DNA of 64,000 nucleotides, taken from contig OZ024764.1 in assembly GCA_964016885.1 (NCBI GenBank), forward strand, positions 18,724,001-18,788,000. Reading direction: 5' to 3'. A program made the position numbers and the translations under genes. The notes under the pieces were generated by a model. That model made no database searches. It was not told where the DNA came from and saw only the letters and a program-made list of their open reading frames with translations. The stretch comes from Eledone cirrhosa (taxonomy: Eukaryota). Position 1 is the first letter of the stretch; every line of letters starts with the position of its first letter. Positions 1 to 13,208 of this stretch are shown in pieces.

Positions 1-1534
1 CACTGTAAAGTGGTCATATAGGTGTCACAACAAAAAGTACCCAGTCCACCCTGTAAAGTGGTCATGTATGTGTCACAACAAAAAGTACCGAGTCCACACT
101 GTAAAGTGGTCATGTATGTGTCACAACAAAAAGTACCCAGTCCACACTTTAAAGTTGTCATGTAGGTGTCACAACAAAAAGTACCCAGTTCACACTGTAA
201 TGTGGTCATGCAGGTTTCACACCAAAAAGTACCCAGTCCACACTGTAATGTGGTCATGTATGTGTCACAACAAAAATTACCCAATCCACACTTTAAAGTG
301 GTCATGTAGGTGTCACAACAAAAAGTACCCAATCCACACTGTAAAGAGGTCATGTTGGTGTCACAACAAAAAGTACCCAGTCCACACTGTAAAGTGGTCA
401 TGTAGGTGTCACAACAAAAGTACCCAGTCCACACTGTAAAGTGGTCATGTAGGTGTCACCACAAAAAGTACCCAGTCCACACTGTAAAGTGGTCACGTAG
501 GTGTCACAACAAAAAGTACCCAGTCCACCCTGTAAAGTGGTCATATAGGTGTCACAACAAAAAGTACCCAGTTCACCCTGTAAAGTGGTCATGTATGTGT
601 CACAACAAAAAGTACCCAGTCCACACTGTAAAGTGGTCATGTATGTGTCACAACAAAAAGTACCCAGTCCACACTTTAAAGTTGTCATGTAGGTGTCACA
701 ACAAAAAGTACCCAGTCCACACTGTAATGTGGTCATGCAGATTTCACACCAAAAAGTACCCAGTCCACACTGTAATGTGGTCATATAGGTGTCACAACAA
801 AAAGTACCCAGTCCACACTGTAAAGTGGTCATGTAGGTGTCACAACAAAAAGTACCCAGTCCACACTGTCAAGTGGTCATGTAGGTGTCACAACAAAAAG
901 TACCTAGTCCACACTGTAAAGTGGTCATGTAGCTGTCACAACAAAAAGTACCCAGACCACACTGTAATGTGGTCATGCAGGTTTCACAACAAAAAGTACC
1001 CAGTCCACACTGTAATCTGGTCATATAGGTGTCACAACAAAAAGTACCCAGTCCACACTGTAAAGTGGTCATGTAGGTGTCACAACAAAAGTACCCAGTC
1101 CACACTGTAAAGTGGACATGTAGGTGTCATGACAAAAAGTACCCAGTCCACACTGTAAAGTGGTCATGTAGGTGTCACAACAAAAAGTACCAAGTCCACA
1201 CTGTAAAGTCGTAATGTAGGTGTCACAACAAAAAGTACCCAGTCCACACTGTAAAGTGGTCATGTAGGTGTCACAACAAAAAGTACCCAGTCCACACTGT
1301 AAAGTGATCATGTAGGTGTCACAACAAAATATACCCAGTCCACACTGTAAAGTGGTCATGTAGGTGTCACAACAAAAAGTACCCAGTCCACACTCTAAAG
1401 TGGTCATGTAGGTGTCACAACAAAAAGTACCCAGTCCACACTGTAAAGTGGTCATGTAGGTGTCACAACAAAAAGTACCCAGTCCACCCTGTAAAGTGGT
1501 CATATAGGTGTCACAACAAAAAGTACCCAGTCCA

Positions 1535-1560
1535 CCCTGAAAATGGGTATTGTTTGTGTC
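1535..1560 (+). repeat. Highly divergent monomer variant CCCTGAAAATGGGTATTGTTTGTGTC (first of about 19 occurrences)
   Basis: It has eight differences from consensus within 20 bp. Also seen near 5855, 6381, 14338, 18706, 23073, 24223, 27195, 31514, 31994, 37508, 41921, 46288, 50655, 53294, 55214, 57421, 60012 and 62891. Confidence 0.95.
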
Positions 1561-1609
1561 ACAACAAAAAGTACCCAGTCCACACTGTAAAGTGGTCATG
1601 TATGTGTCA

Positions 1610-3460
1610 CAACAAAAATTACCCAATCCACACTTTAAAGTGGTCATGTAGGTGTCACAACAAAAAGTACCCAATCCACACTGTAAAGAGGTCATGTTGG
1701 TGTCACAACAAAACGTACCCAGTCCACACTGTAAAGTGGTCATGTAGGTGTCACAACAAAAAGTACCCAGTCCACACTGTAAAGTGGTCATGTAGGTGTC
1801 ACAACAAAAAGTACCCAGTCCACACTGTAAGGTGGTCATGTAGGTGTCACAACAAAATATACCCAGTCCACACTGTAAAGTGGTCATGTAGGTGTCACAA
1901 CAAAAAGTACCCAGTCCACACTGTAAAGTGGTCATGTAGGTGTCACAACAAAAAGTACCCAATCCACACTGTAAAGTGGTCATGTAGGTGTCACAACAAA
2001 AAGTACGCAGTCCACCCTGTAAAGTGGTCATATATGTGTCACAACAAAAAGTACCCAGTCCACCCTGTAAAGTGGTCATGTATGTGTCACAACAAAAAGT
2101 ACCCAGTCCACACTGTAAAGTGGTCATGTATGTGTCACAACAAAAAGTACCCAGTCCACACTGTAAAGTGGTCATGTATGTGTCACAACAAAAAGTACAC
2201 AGTCCACACTGTAATGTGGTCATGTATGTGTCACAACAAAAATTACCCAATCCACACTTTAAAGTGGTCATGTAGGTGTCACAACAAAACGTACCCAATC
2301 CACACTGTAAAGAGGTCATGTTGGTGTCACAACAAAACGTACCCAGTCCACACTGTAAAGTGGTCATGTAGGTGTCACAACAAAAAGTACCCAGTCCACA
2401 CTGTAAAGTGGTCATGTAGGTGTCACAACAAAAAGTACCCAGTCCACACTGTAAGGTGGTCATGTAGGTGTCACAACAAAATATACCCAGTCCACACTGT
2501 AAAGTGGTCATGTAGGTGTCACAACAAAAAGTACCCAGTCCACACTGTAACGTGGTCATGTAGGTGTCACAACAAAAAGTACCCAATCCACACTGTAAAG
2601 TGGTCATGTAGGTGTCACAACAAAAAGTACGCAGTCCACCCTGTAAAGTGGTCATATATGTGTCACAACAAAAAGTACCCAGTCCACCCTGTAAAGTGGT
2701 CATGTATGTGTCACAACAAAAAGTACCCAGTCCACACTGTAAAGTGGTCATGTATGTGTCACAACAAAAAGTACCCAGTCCACACTGTAAAGTGGTCATG
2801 TATGTGTCACAACAAAAAGTACACAGTCCACACTGTAATGTGGTCATGTATGTGTCACAACAAAAATTACCCAATCCACACTTTAAAGTGGTCATGTAGG
2901 TGTCACAACAAAAAGTACCCAATCCACACTGTAAAGAGGTCATGTTGGTGTCACAACAAAAAGTACCCAGTCCACACTGTAAAGTGGTCATGTAGGTGTC
3001 ACAACAAAAAGTACCCAGTCTACACTGTAAAGTGGTCATGTAGGTGTCACAACAAAAAGTACCCAGTCCACACTGTAAAGTGGTCATGTAGGTGTCACAA
3101 CAAAAAGTACCCAGTCCACACTGTAAGGTGGTCATGTAGGTGTCACAACAAAATATACCCAGTCCACACTGTAAAGTGGTCATGTAGGTGTCACAACAAA
3201 AAGTACCCAGTCCACACTGTAAAGTGGTCATGTAGGTGTCACAACAAAAAGTACCCAATCCACACTGTAAAGTGGTCATGTAGGTGTCACAACAAAAAGT
3301 ACCCAGTCCACCCTGTAAAGTGGTCATATATGTGTCACAACAAAAAGTACCCAGTCCACCCTGTAAAGTGGTCATGTATGTGTCACAACAAAAAGTACCC
3401 AGTCCACACTGTAAAGTGGTCATGTATGTGTCACAACAAAAAGTACCCAGTCCACACTGT
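1610..3460. repeat. 13-mer (624 bp) sub-repeat: two full copies plus a third, 14-mer-like copy
   Basis: The variant AATTACCCAATCCACACTTTAAAG occurs at ~1617, ~2241 and ~2865 (624 = 13x48). ORF starts 1988/2612/3284 are spaced 624 and 672. The same module recurs at about 14.4k, 18.8k, 27.3k, 42.0k and 46.4k. Confidence 0.9.
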
Positions 3461-6400
3461 AAAGTGGTCATATATGTGTCACAACAAAAAGTACCCAGTC
3501 CACACTGTAAAGTGGTCATGTAGGTGTCACAACAAAAAGTACCCAGTCCACACTGTAAAGTGGTCATGTAGGTGTCACAACAAAAAGTACCCAGTCCACA
3601 CTGTAAAGTGGTCATGTAGGTGTCACAACAAAATATACCCAGTCCACACTGTAAAGTGGTCATGTAGGTGTCACAACAAAAAGTACCCAGTCCATACTTT
3701 AAAGTGGTCATGTAGGTGTCACAACAAAAAGTACCCAGTCCACACTGTAATGTGGTCATGCAGGTTTCACACCAAAAAGTACCCAGTCCACACTGTAATG
3801 TGGTCATATAGGTGTCACAACAAAAAGTACCCAGTCCACACTGTAAAGTGGACATGTAGGTGTCATGACAAAAAGTACCCAGTCCACACTGTAAAGTGGT
3901 CATGTAGGTGTCACAACAAAAAGTAACCAGTCCACACTGTAAAGTGGTCATGTAGGTGTCACAACAAAAAGTACCCAGTCCACACTGTAAAGTGGTCATG
4001 TAGGTGTCACAACAAAAAGTACCCAGTCCACACTGTAAAGTGGTCATGTAGGTGTCACAACAAAATATACCCAGTCCACACTGTAAAGTGGTCATGTAGG
4101 TGTCACAACAAAAAGTACCCAGTCCACACTGTAAAGTGGTCATGTAGGTGTCACAACAAAAAGTACCCAGTCCACACTGTAAAGTAGTCATGTAGGTGTC
4201 ACAACAAAAAGTACCCAGTCCACCCTGTAAAGTGGTCATATATGTGTCACAACAAAAAGTACCCAGTCCACCCTGTAAAGTGGTCATGTATGTGTCACAA
4301 CAAAAAGTACCCAATCCACACTGTAAAGTGGTCATGTAGGTGTCACAACAAAATATACCCAGTCCACACTGTAAAGTGGTCATGTAGGTGTCACAACAAA
4401 AAGTACCCAGTCCACACTGTAAAGTGGTCATGTAGGTGTCACAACAAAAAGTACCCAGTCCACACTGTAAAGTGGTCCTGTAGGTGTCACAACAAAAAGT
4501 ACCCAGTCCACCCTGTAAAGTGGTCATATATGTGTCACAACAAAAAGTACCCAGTCCACCCTGTAAAGTGGTCATGTATGTGTCACAACAAAAAGTACCC
4601 AGTCCACACTGTAAAGTGGTCATGTAGGTGTCACAACAAAAAGTACCCAGTCCACACTGTAAAGTGGACATGTAGGTGTCATGACAAAAAGTACCCAGTC
4701 CACACTGTAAAGTGGTCATGTAGGTGTCACAACAAAAGTACCCAGTCCACACTGTAAAGTGGTCATGTAGGTGTCACCACAAAAAGTACCCAGTCCACAC
4801 TGTAAAGTGGTCACGTAGGTGTCACAACAAAAAGTACCCAGTCCACCCTGTAAAGTGGTCATATAGGTGTCACAACAAAAAGTACCCAGTCCACCCTGTA
4901 AAGTGGTCATGTATGTGTCACAACAAAAAGTACCCAGTCCACACTGTAAAGTGGTCATGTATGTGTCACAACAAAAAGTACCCAGTCCACACTTTAAAGT
5001 TGTCATGTAGGTGTCACAACAAAAAGTACCCAGTCCACACTGTAATGTGGTCATGCAGATTTCACACCAAAAAGTACCCAGTCCACACTGTAATGTGGTC
5101 ATATAGGTGTCACAACAAAAAGTACCCAGTCCACACTGTAAAGTGGTCATGTAGGTGTCACAACAAAAAGTACCCAGTCCACACTGTCAAGTGGTCATGT
5201 AGGTGTCACAACAAAAAGTACCTAGTCCACACTGTAAAGTGGTCATGTAGCTGTCACAACAAAAAGTACCCAGACCACACTGTAATGTGGTCATGCAGGT
5301 TTCACAACAAAAAGTACCCAGTCCACACTGTAATCTGGTCATATAGGTGTCACAACAAAAAGTACCCAGTCCACGCTGTAAAGTGGTCATGTAGGTGTCA
5401 CAACAAAAAGTACCCAGTCCACACTGTAAAGTGGACATGTAGGTGTCATGACAAAAAGTACCCAGTCCACACTGTAAAGTGGTCATGTAGGTGTCAGAAC
5501 AAAAAGTACACAGTCCACACTGTAAAGTGGTCATGTAGGTGTCACAACAAAAAGTACCCAGTCCACACTGTAAAGTGGTCATGTAGGTGTCACAACAAAA
5601 ATTACCCAGTCCACACTGTAAAGTGATCATGTAGGTGTCACAACAAAATATACCCAGTCCACACTGTAAAGTGGTCATGTAGGTGTCACAACAAAAAGTA
5701 CCCAGTCCACACTGTAAAGTGGTCATGTAGGTGTCACAACAAAAAGTACCCAGTCCACACTGTAAAGTGGTCATGTAGGTGTCACAACAAAAAGTACCCA
5801 GTCCACCCTGTAAAGTGGTCATATAGGTGTCACAACAAAAAGTACCCAGTCCACCCTGAAAATGGGTATTGTTTGTGTCACAACAAAAAGTACCCAGTCC
5901 ACACTGTAAAGTGGTCATGTATGTGTCACAACAAAAATTACCCAATCCACACTTTAAAGTGGTCATGTAGGTGTCACAACAAAAAGTACCCAATCCACAA
6001 TGTAAAGAGGTCATGTGGGTGTCACAACAAAACGTACCCAGTCCACACTGTAAAGTGGTCATGTAGGTGTCACAACAAAAAGTACCCAGTCCACACTGTA
6101 AAGTGGTCATGTAGGTGTCACAACAAAAAGTACCGTCCACACTGTAAAGTGATCATGTAGGTGTCACAACAAAATATACCCAGTCCACACTGTAAAGTGG
6201 TCATGTAGGTGTCACAACAAAAAGTACCCAGTCCACACTGTAAAGTGGTCATGTAGGTGTCACAACAAAAAGTACCCAGTCCACACTGTAAAGTGGTCAT
6301 GTAGGTGTCACAACAAAAAGTACCCAGTCCACCCTGTAAAGTGGTCATATAGGTGTCACAACAAACAGTACCCAGTCCACCCTGAAAATGGGTATTGTTT

Positions 6401-6544
6401 GTGTCACAACAAAAAGTACCCAGTCCACACTGTAAAGTGGTCATGTATGTGTCACAACAAAAATTACCCAATCCACACTTTAAAGTGGTCATGTAGGTGT
6501 CACAACAAAAAGTACCCAATCCACACTGTAAAGAGGTCATGTTG

Positions 6545-9500
6545 GTGTCACAACAAAAAGTACCCAGTCCACACTGTAAAGTGGTCATGTAGGTGTCACA
6601 ACAAAAAGTACCCAGTCCACACTGTAAAGTGGTCATGTAGGTGTCACAACAAAAAGTACCCATCCACACTGTAAAGTGGTCATGTAGGTGTCACAACAAA
6701 AAGTACCCAGTCCACACTGTAAGGTGGTCATGTAGGTGTCACAACAAAATATGCCCAGTCCACACTGTAAAGTGGTCATGTAGGTGTCACAACAAAAAGT
6801 ACCCAGTCCACCCTGTAAAGTGGTCATATATGTGTTACACCAAAAAGTACCCAGTCCACCCTGTAAAGTGGTCATGTATGTGTCACAACAAAAAGTACCC
6901 AGTCCACACTGTAAAGTGGTCATGTATGTGTCACAACAAAAAGTACCCAGTCCACACTGTAAAGTGGTCATGTATGTGTCACAACAAAAAGTACCCAGTC
7001 CACACTTTAAAGTTGTCATGTAGGTGTCACAACAAAAAGTACCCAGTCCACACTGTAATGTGGTCATGCAGGTTTCACACCAAAAAGTACCCAGTCCACA
7101 CTGTAATGTGGTCATATAGGTGTCACAACAAAAAGTACCCAGTCCACACTGTAAAGTGGTCATGTAGGTGTCACAACAAAAAGTACCCAGTCCACAGTGT
7201 CAAGTGGCCATGTAGGTGTCACAACAAAAAGTACCCAGTCCACACTGTAAAGTGGTCATGTAGGTGTCACAACAAAAATACCCAGTCCACACTGTAAAGT
7301 GGTCATATAGGTGTCACAACAAAAAGTACCCAGTCCACCCTGTAAAGTGGTCATGTATGTGTCACAACAAAAAGTACCCAGTCCACACTGTAAAGTGGTC
7401 ATGTATGTGTCACAACAAAAAGTACCCAGTCCACACTTTAAAGTTGTCATGTAGGTGTCACAACAAAAAGTACCCAGTCCACACTGTAATGTGGTCATGC
7501 AGGTTTCACACCAAAAATACCCAGTCCACACTGTAATGTGGTCATGTATGTGTCACAACAAAAATTACCCAATCCACACTTTAAAGTGGTCATGTAGGTG
7601 TCACAACAAAAAGTACCCAATCCACACTGTAAAGAGGTCATGTTGGTGTCACAACAAAAAGTACCCAGTCCACACTGTAAAGTGGTCATGTAGGTGTCAC
7701 AACAAAAAGTACCCAGTCCACACTGTAAAGTGGTCATGTAGGTGTCACAACAAAAAGTACCCAGTCCACACTGTAAAGTGGTCATGTAGGTGTCACAACA
7801 AAAAGTACCCAGTCCACACTGTAAGGTGGTCATGTAGGTGTCACAACAAAATATACCCAGTCCACACTGTAAAGTGGTCATGTAGGTGTCACAACAAAAA
7901 GTACCCAGTCCACACTGTAAAGTGGTCATGTAGGTGTCACAACAAAAAGTACCCAATCCACACTGTAAAGTGGTCATGTAGGTGTCACAACAAAATATGC
8001 CCAGTCCACACTGTAAAGTGGTCATGTAGGTGTCACAACAATAAGTACCCAGTCCACCCTGTAAAGTGGTCATATATGTGTTACACCAAAAAGTACCCAG
8101 TCCACCCTGTAAAGTGGTCATGTATGTGTCACAACAAAAAGTACCCAGTCCACACTGTAAAGTGGTCATGTATGTGTCACAACAAAAAGTACCCAGTCCA
8201 CACTTTAAAGTTGTCATGTAGGTGTCACAACAAAAAGTACCCAGTCCACACTGTAATGTGGTCATGCAGGTTTCACACCAAAAAGTACCCAGTCCACACT
8301 GTAATGTGGTCATATAGGTGTCACAACAAAAAGTACCCAGTCCACACTGTAAAGTGGTCATGTAGGTGTCACAACAAAAAGTACCCAGTCCACACTGTCA
8401 AGTGGCCATGTAGGTGTCACAACAAAAAGTACCCAGTCCACACTGTAAAGTGGTCATGTAGGTGTCACAACAAAAATACCCAGTCCACACTGTAAAGTGG
8501 TCATATAGGTGTCACAACAAAAAGTACCCAGTCCACCCTGTAAAGTGGTCATGTATGTGTCACAACAAAAAGTACCCAGTCCACACTGTAAAGTGGTCAT
8601 GTATGTGTCACAACAAAAAGTACCCAGTCCACACTTTAAAGTTGTCATGTAGGTGTCACAACAAAAAGTACCCAGTCCACACTGTAATGTGGTCATGCAG
8701 GTTTCACACCAAAAAGTACCCAGTCCACACTGTAATGTGGTCATGTATGTGTCACAACAAAAATTACCCAATCCACACTTTAAAGTGGTCATGTAGGTGT
8801 CACAACAAAAAGTACCCAATCCACACTGTAAAGAGGTCATGTTGGTGTCACAACAAAAAGTACCCAGTCCACACTGTAAAGTGGTCATGTAGGTGTCACA
8901 ACAAAAAGTACCCAGTCCACACTGTAAAGTGGTCATGTAGGTGTCACAACAAAAAGTACCCAGTCCACACTGTAAAGTGGTCATGTATGTGTCACAACAA
9001 AAAGTACCCAGTCCACACTGTAAAGTGGTCATGTAGGTGTCACAACAAAAAGTACCCAGTCCACACTGTAAAGTGGTCATGTAGGTGTCACAACAAAAAG
9101 TACCCATCCACACTGTAAAGTGGTCATGTAGGTGTCACAACAAAAAGTACCCAGTCCACACTGTAAGGTGGTCATGTAGGTGTCACAACAAAATATGCCC
9201 AGTCCACACTGTAAAGTGGTCATGTAGGTGTCACAACAAAAAGTACCCAGTCCACCCTGTAAAGTGGTCATATATGTGTTACACCAAAAAGTACCCAGTC
9301 CACCCTGTAAAGTGGTCATGTATGTGTCACAACAAAAAGTACCCAGTCCACACTGTAAAGTGGTCATGTATGTGTCACAACAAAAAGTACCCAGTCCACA
9401 CTGTAAAGTGGTCATGTATGTGTCACAACAAAAAGTACCCAGTCCACACTTTAAAGTTGTCATGTAGGTGTCACAACAAAAAGTACCCAGTCCACACTGT

Positions 9501-11432
9501 AATGTGGTCATGCAGGTTTCACACCAAAAAGTACCCAGTCCACACTGTAATGTGGTCATATAGGTGTCACAACAAAAAGTACCCAGTCCACACTGTAAAG
9601 TGGTCATGTAGGTGTCACAACAAAAAGTACCCAGTCCACAGTGTCAAGTGGCCATGTAGGTGTCACAACAAAAAGTACCCAGTCCACACTGTAAAGTGGT
9701 CATGTAGGTGTCACAACAAAAATACCCAGTCCACACTGTAAAGTGGTCATATAGGTGTCACAACAAAAAGTACCCAGTCCACCCTGTAAAGTGGTCATGT
9801 ATGTGTCACAACAAAAAGTACCCAGTCCACACTGTAAAGTGGTCATGTATGTGTCACAACAAAAAGTACCCAGTCCACACTTTAAAGTTGTCATGTAGGT
9901 GTCACAACAAAAAGTACCCAGTCCACACTGTAATGTGGTCATGCAGGTTTCACACCAAAAATACCCAGTCCACACTGTAATGTGGTCATGTATGTGTCAC
10001 AACAAAAATTACCCAATCCACACTTTAAAGTGGTCATGTAGGTGTCACAACAAAAAGTACCCAATCCACACTGTAAAGAGGTCATGTTGGTGTCACAACA
10101 AAAAGTACCCAGTCCACACTGTAAAGTGGTCATGTAGGTGTCACAACAAAAAGTACCCAGTCCACACTGTAAAGTGGTCATGTAGGTGTCACAACAAAAA
10201 GTACCCAGTCCACACTGTAAAGTGGTCATGTAGGTGTCACAACAAAAAGTACCCAGTCCACACTGTAAGGTGGTCATGTAGGTGTCACAACAAAATATAC
10301 CCAGTCCACACTGTAAAGTGGTCATGTAGGTGTCACAACAAAAAGTACCCAGTCCACACTGTAAAGTGGTCATGTAGGTGTCACAACAAAAAGTACCCAA
10401 TCCACACTGTAAAGTGGTCATGTAGGTGTCACAACAAAATATGCCCAGTCCACACTGTAAAGTGGTCATGTAGGTGTCACAACAAAAAGTACCCAGTCCA
10501 CCCTGTAAAGTGGTCATATATGTGTTACACCAAAAAGTACCCAGTCCACCCTGTAAAGTGGTCATGTATGTGTCACAACAAAAAGTACCCAGTCCACACT
10601 GTAAAGTGGTCATGTATGTGTCACAACAAAAAGTACCCAGTCCACACTTTAAAGTTGTCATGTAGGTGTCACAACAAAAAGTACCCAGTCCACACTGTAA
10701 TGTGGTCATGCAGGTTTCACACCAAAAAGTACCCAGTCCACACTGTAATGTGGTCATATAGGTGTCACAACAAAAAGTACCCAGTCCACACTGTAAAGTG
10801 GTCATGTAGGTGTCACAACAAAAAGTACCCAGTCCACACTGTCAAGTGGCCATGTAGGTGTCACAACAAAAAGTACCCAGTCCACACTGTAAAGTGGTCA
10901 TGTAGGTGTCACAACAAAAATACCCAGTCCACACTGTAAAGTGGTCATATAGGTGTCACAACAAAAAGTACCCAGTCCACCCTGTAAAGTGGTCATGTAT
11001 GTGTCACAACAAAAAGTACCCAGTCCACACTGTAAAGTGGTCATGTATGTGTCACAACAAAAAGTACCCAGTCCACACTTTAAAGTTGTCATGTAGGTGT
11101 CACAACAAAAAGTACCCAGTCCACACTGTAATGTGGTCATGCAGGTTTCACACCAAAAAGTACCCAGTCCACACTGTAATGTGGTCATGTATGTGTCACA
11201 ACAAAAATTACCCAATCCACACTTTAAAGTGGTCATGTAGGTGTCACAACAAAAAGTACCCAATCCACACTGTAAAGAGGTCATGTTGGTGTCACAACAA
11301 AAAGTACCCAGTCCACACTGTAAAGTGGTCATGTAGGTGTCACAACAAAAAGTACCCAGTCCACACTGTAAAGTGGTCATGTAGGTGTCACAACAAAAAG
11401 TACCCAGTCCACACTGTAAAGTGGTCATGTAT
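6545..11432. repeat. 51-mer (2,444 bp) tandem duplication specific to copy A
   Basis: ORF pairs 6633/9077, 7256/9700, 7455/9899 and 8454/10898 are all offset by 2,444 (51x48 minus four 1-bp deletions). Shared rare variants include TACCCATCC and CACAGTGTCAAG. A private SNV sits at 8042. Copy B has only one such unit (~32160-34600). Confidence 0.9.
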
Positions 11433-13208
11433 GTGTCACAACAAAAAGTACCCAGTCCACACTTTAAAGTTGTCATGTAGGTGTCACAACAAAAAGTACC
11501 CAGTCCACACTGTAATGTGGTCATGCAGGTTTCACACCAAAAAGTACCCAGTCCACACTGTAATGTGGTCATGTATGTGTCACAACAAAAATTACCCAAT
11601 CCACACTTTAAAGTGGTCATGTAGGTGTCACAACAAAAAGTACCCAATCCACACTGTAAAGAGGTCATGTTGGTGTCACAACAAAAAGTACCCAGTCCAC
11701 ACTGTAAAGTGGTCATGTAGGTGTCACAACAAAAAGTACCCAGTCCACACTGTAAAGTGGTCATGTAGGTGTCACAACAAAAAGTACCCAGTCCACACTG
11801 TAAAGTGGTCATGTAGGTGTCACAACAAAAAGTACCCAGTCCACACTGTAAGGTGGTCATGTAGGTGTCACAACAAAATATACCCAGTCCACACTGTAAA
11901 GTGGTCATGTAGGTGTCACAACAAAAAGTACCCAGTCCACACTGTAAAGTGGTCATGTAGGTGTCACAACAAAAAGTACCCAATCCACACTGTAAAGTGG
12001 TCATGTAGGTGTCACAACAAAAAGTACCCAGTCCACCCTGTAAAGTGGTCATATATGTGTCACAACAAAAAGTACCCAGTCCACCCTGTAAAGTGGTCAT
12101 GTATGTGTCACAACAAAAAGTACCCAGTCCACACTGTAAAGTGGTCATGTATGTGTCACAACAAAAAGTACCCAGTCCACACTGTAAAGTGGTCATATAT
12201 GTGTCACAACAAAAAGTACCCAGTCCACACTGTAAAGTGGTCATGTAGGTGTCACAACAAAAAGTACCCAGTCCACACTGTAAAGTGGTCATGTAGGTGT
12301 CACAACAAAAAGTACCCAGTCCACACTGTAAAGTGGTCATGTAGGTGTAACAACAAAATATACCCAGTCCACACTGTAAAGTGGTCATGTAGGTGTCACA
12401 ACAAAAAGTACCCAGTCCACACTTTAAAGTGGTCATGTAGGTGTCACAACAAAAAGTACCCAGTCCACACTGTAATGTGGTCATGCAGGTTTCACACCAA
12501 AAAGTACCCAGTCCACACTGTAATGTGGTCATATAGGTGTCACAACAAAAAGTACCCAGTCCTCACTGTAAAGTGGACATGTAGGTGTCATGACAAAAAG
12601 TACCCAGTCCACACTGTAAAGTGGTCATGTAGGTGTCACAACAAAAAGTAACCAGTCCACACTGTAAAGTGGTCATGTAGGTGTCACAACAAAAAGTACC
12701 CAGTCCACACTGTAAAGTGGTCATGTAGGTGTCACAACAAAAAGTACCCAGTCCACACTGTAAAGTGGTCATGTAGGTGTCACAACAAAATATACCCAGT
12801 CCACACTGTAAAGTGGTCATGTAGGTGTCACAACAAAAAGTACCCAGTCCACACTGTAAAGTGGTCATGTAGGTGTCACAACAAAAAGTACCCAGTCCAC
12901 ACTGTAAAGTGGTCCTGTAGGTGTCACAACAAAAAGTACCCAGTCCACCCTGTAAAGTGGTCATATATGTGTCACAACAAAAAGTACCCAGTCCACCCTG
13001 TAAAGTGGTCATGTATGTGTCACAACAAAAAGTACCCAGTCCACACTGTAAAGTGGTCATGTAGGTGTCACAACAAAAAGTACCCAGTCCACACTGTAAA
13101 GTGGTCAAGTAGGTGTCACAACAAAAAGTACCCAGTCCACACTGTAAAGTGGACATGTAGGTGTCATGACAAAAAGTACCCAGTCCACACTGTAAAGTGG
13201 TCATGTAG

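Noticed and set aside
1554-3926. Plus-strand ORFs with the His/Cys repeat CHNKKYPVHTVKWSCR, superficially zinc-finger-like
   Set aside because: No C-x2-4-C-x12-H-x3-5-H spacing or TGEKP linker. The period is 16 aa rather than 28, and stops and frameshifts are freely amplified.
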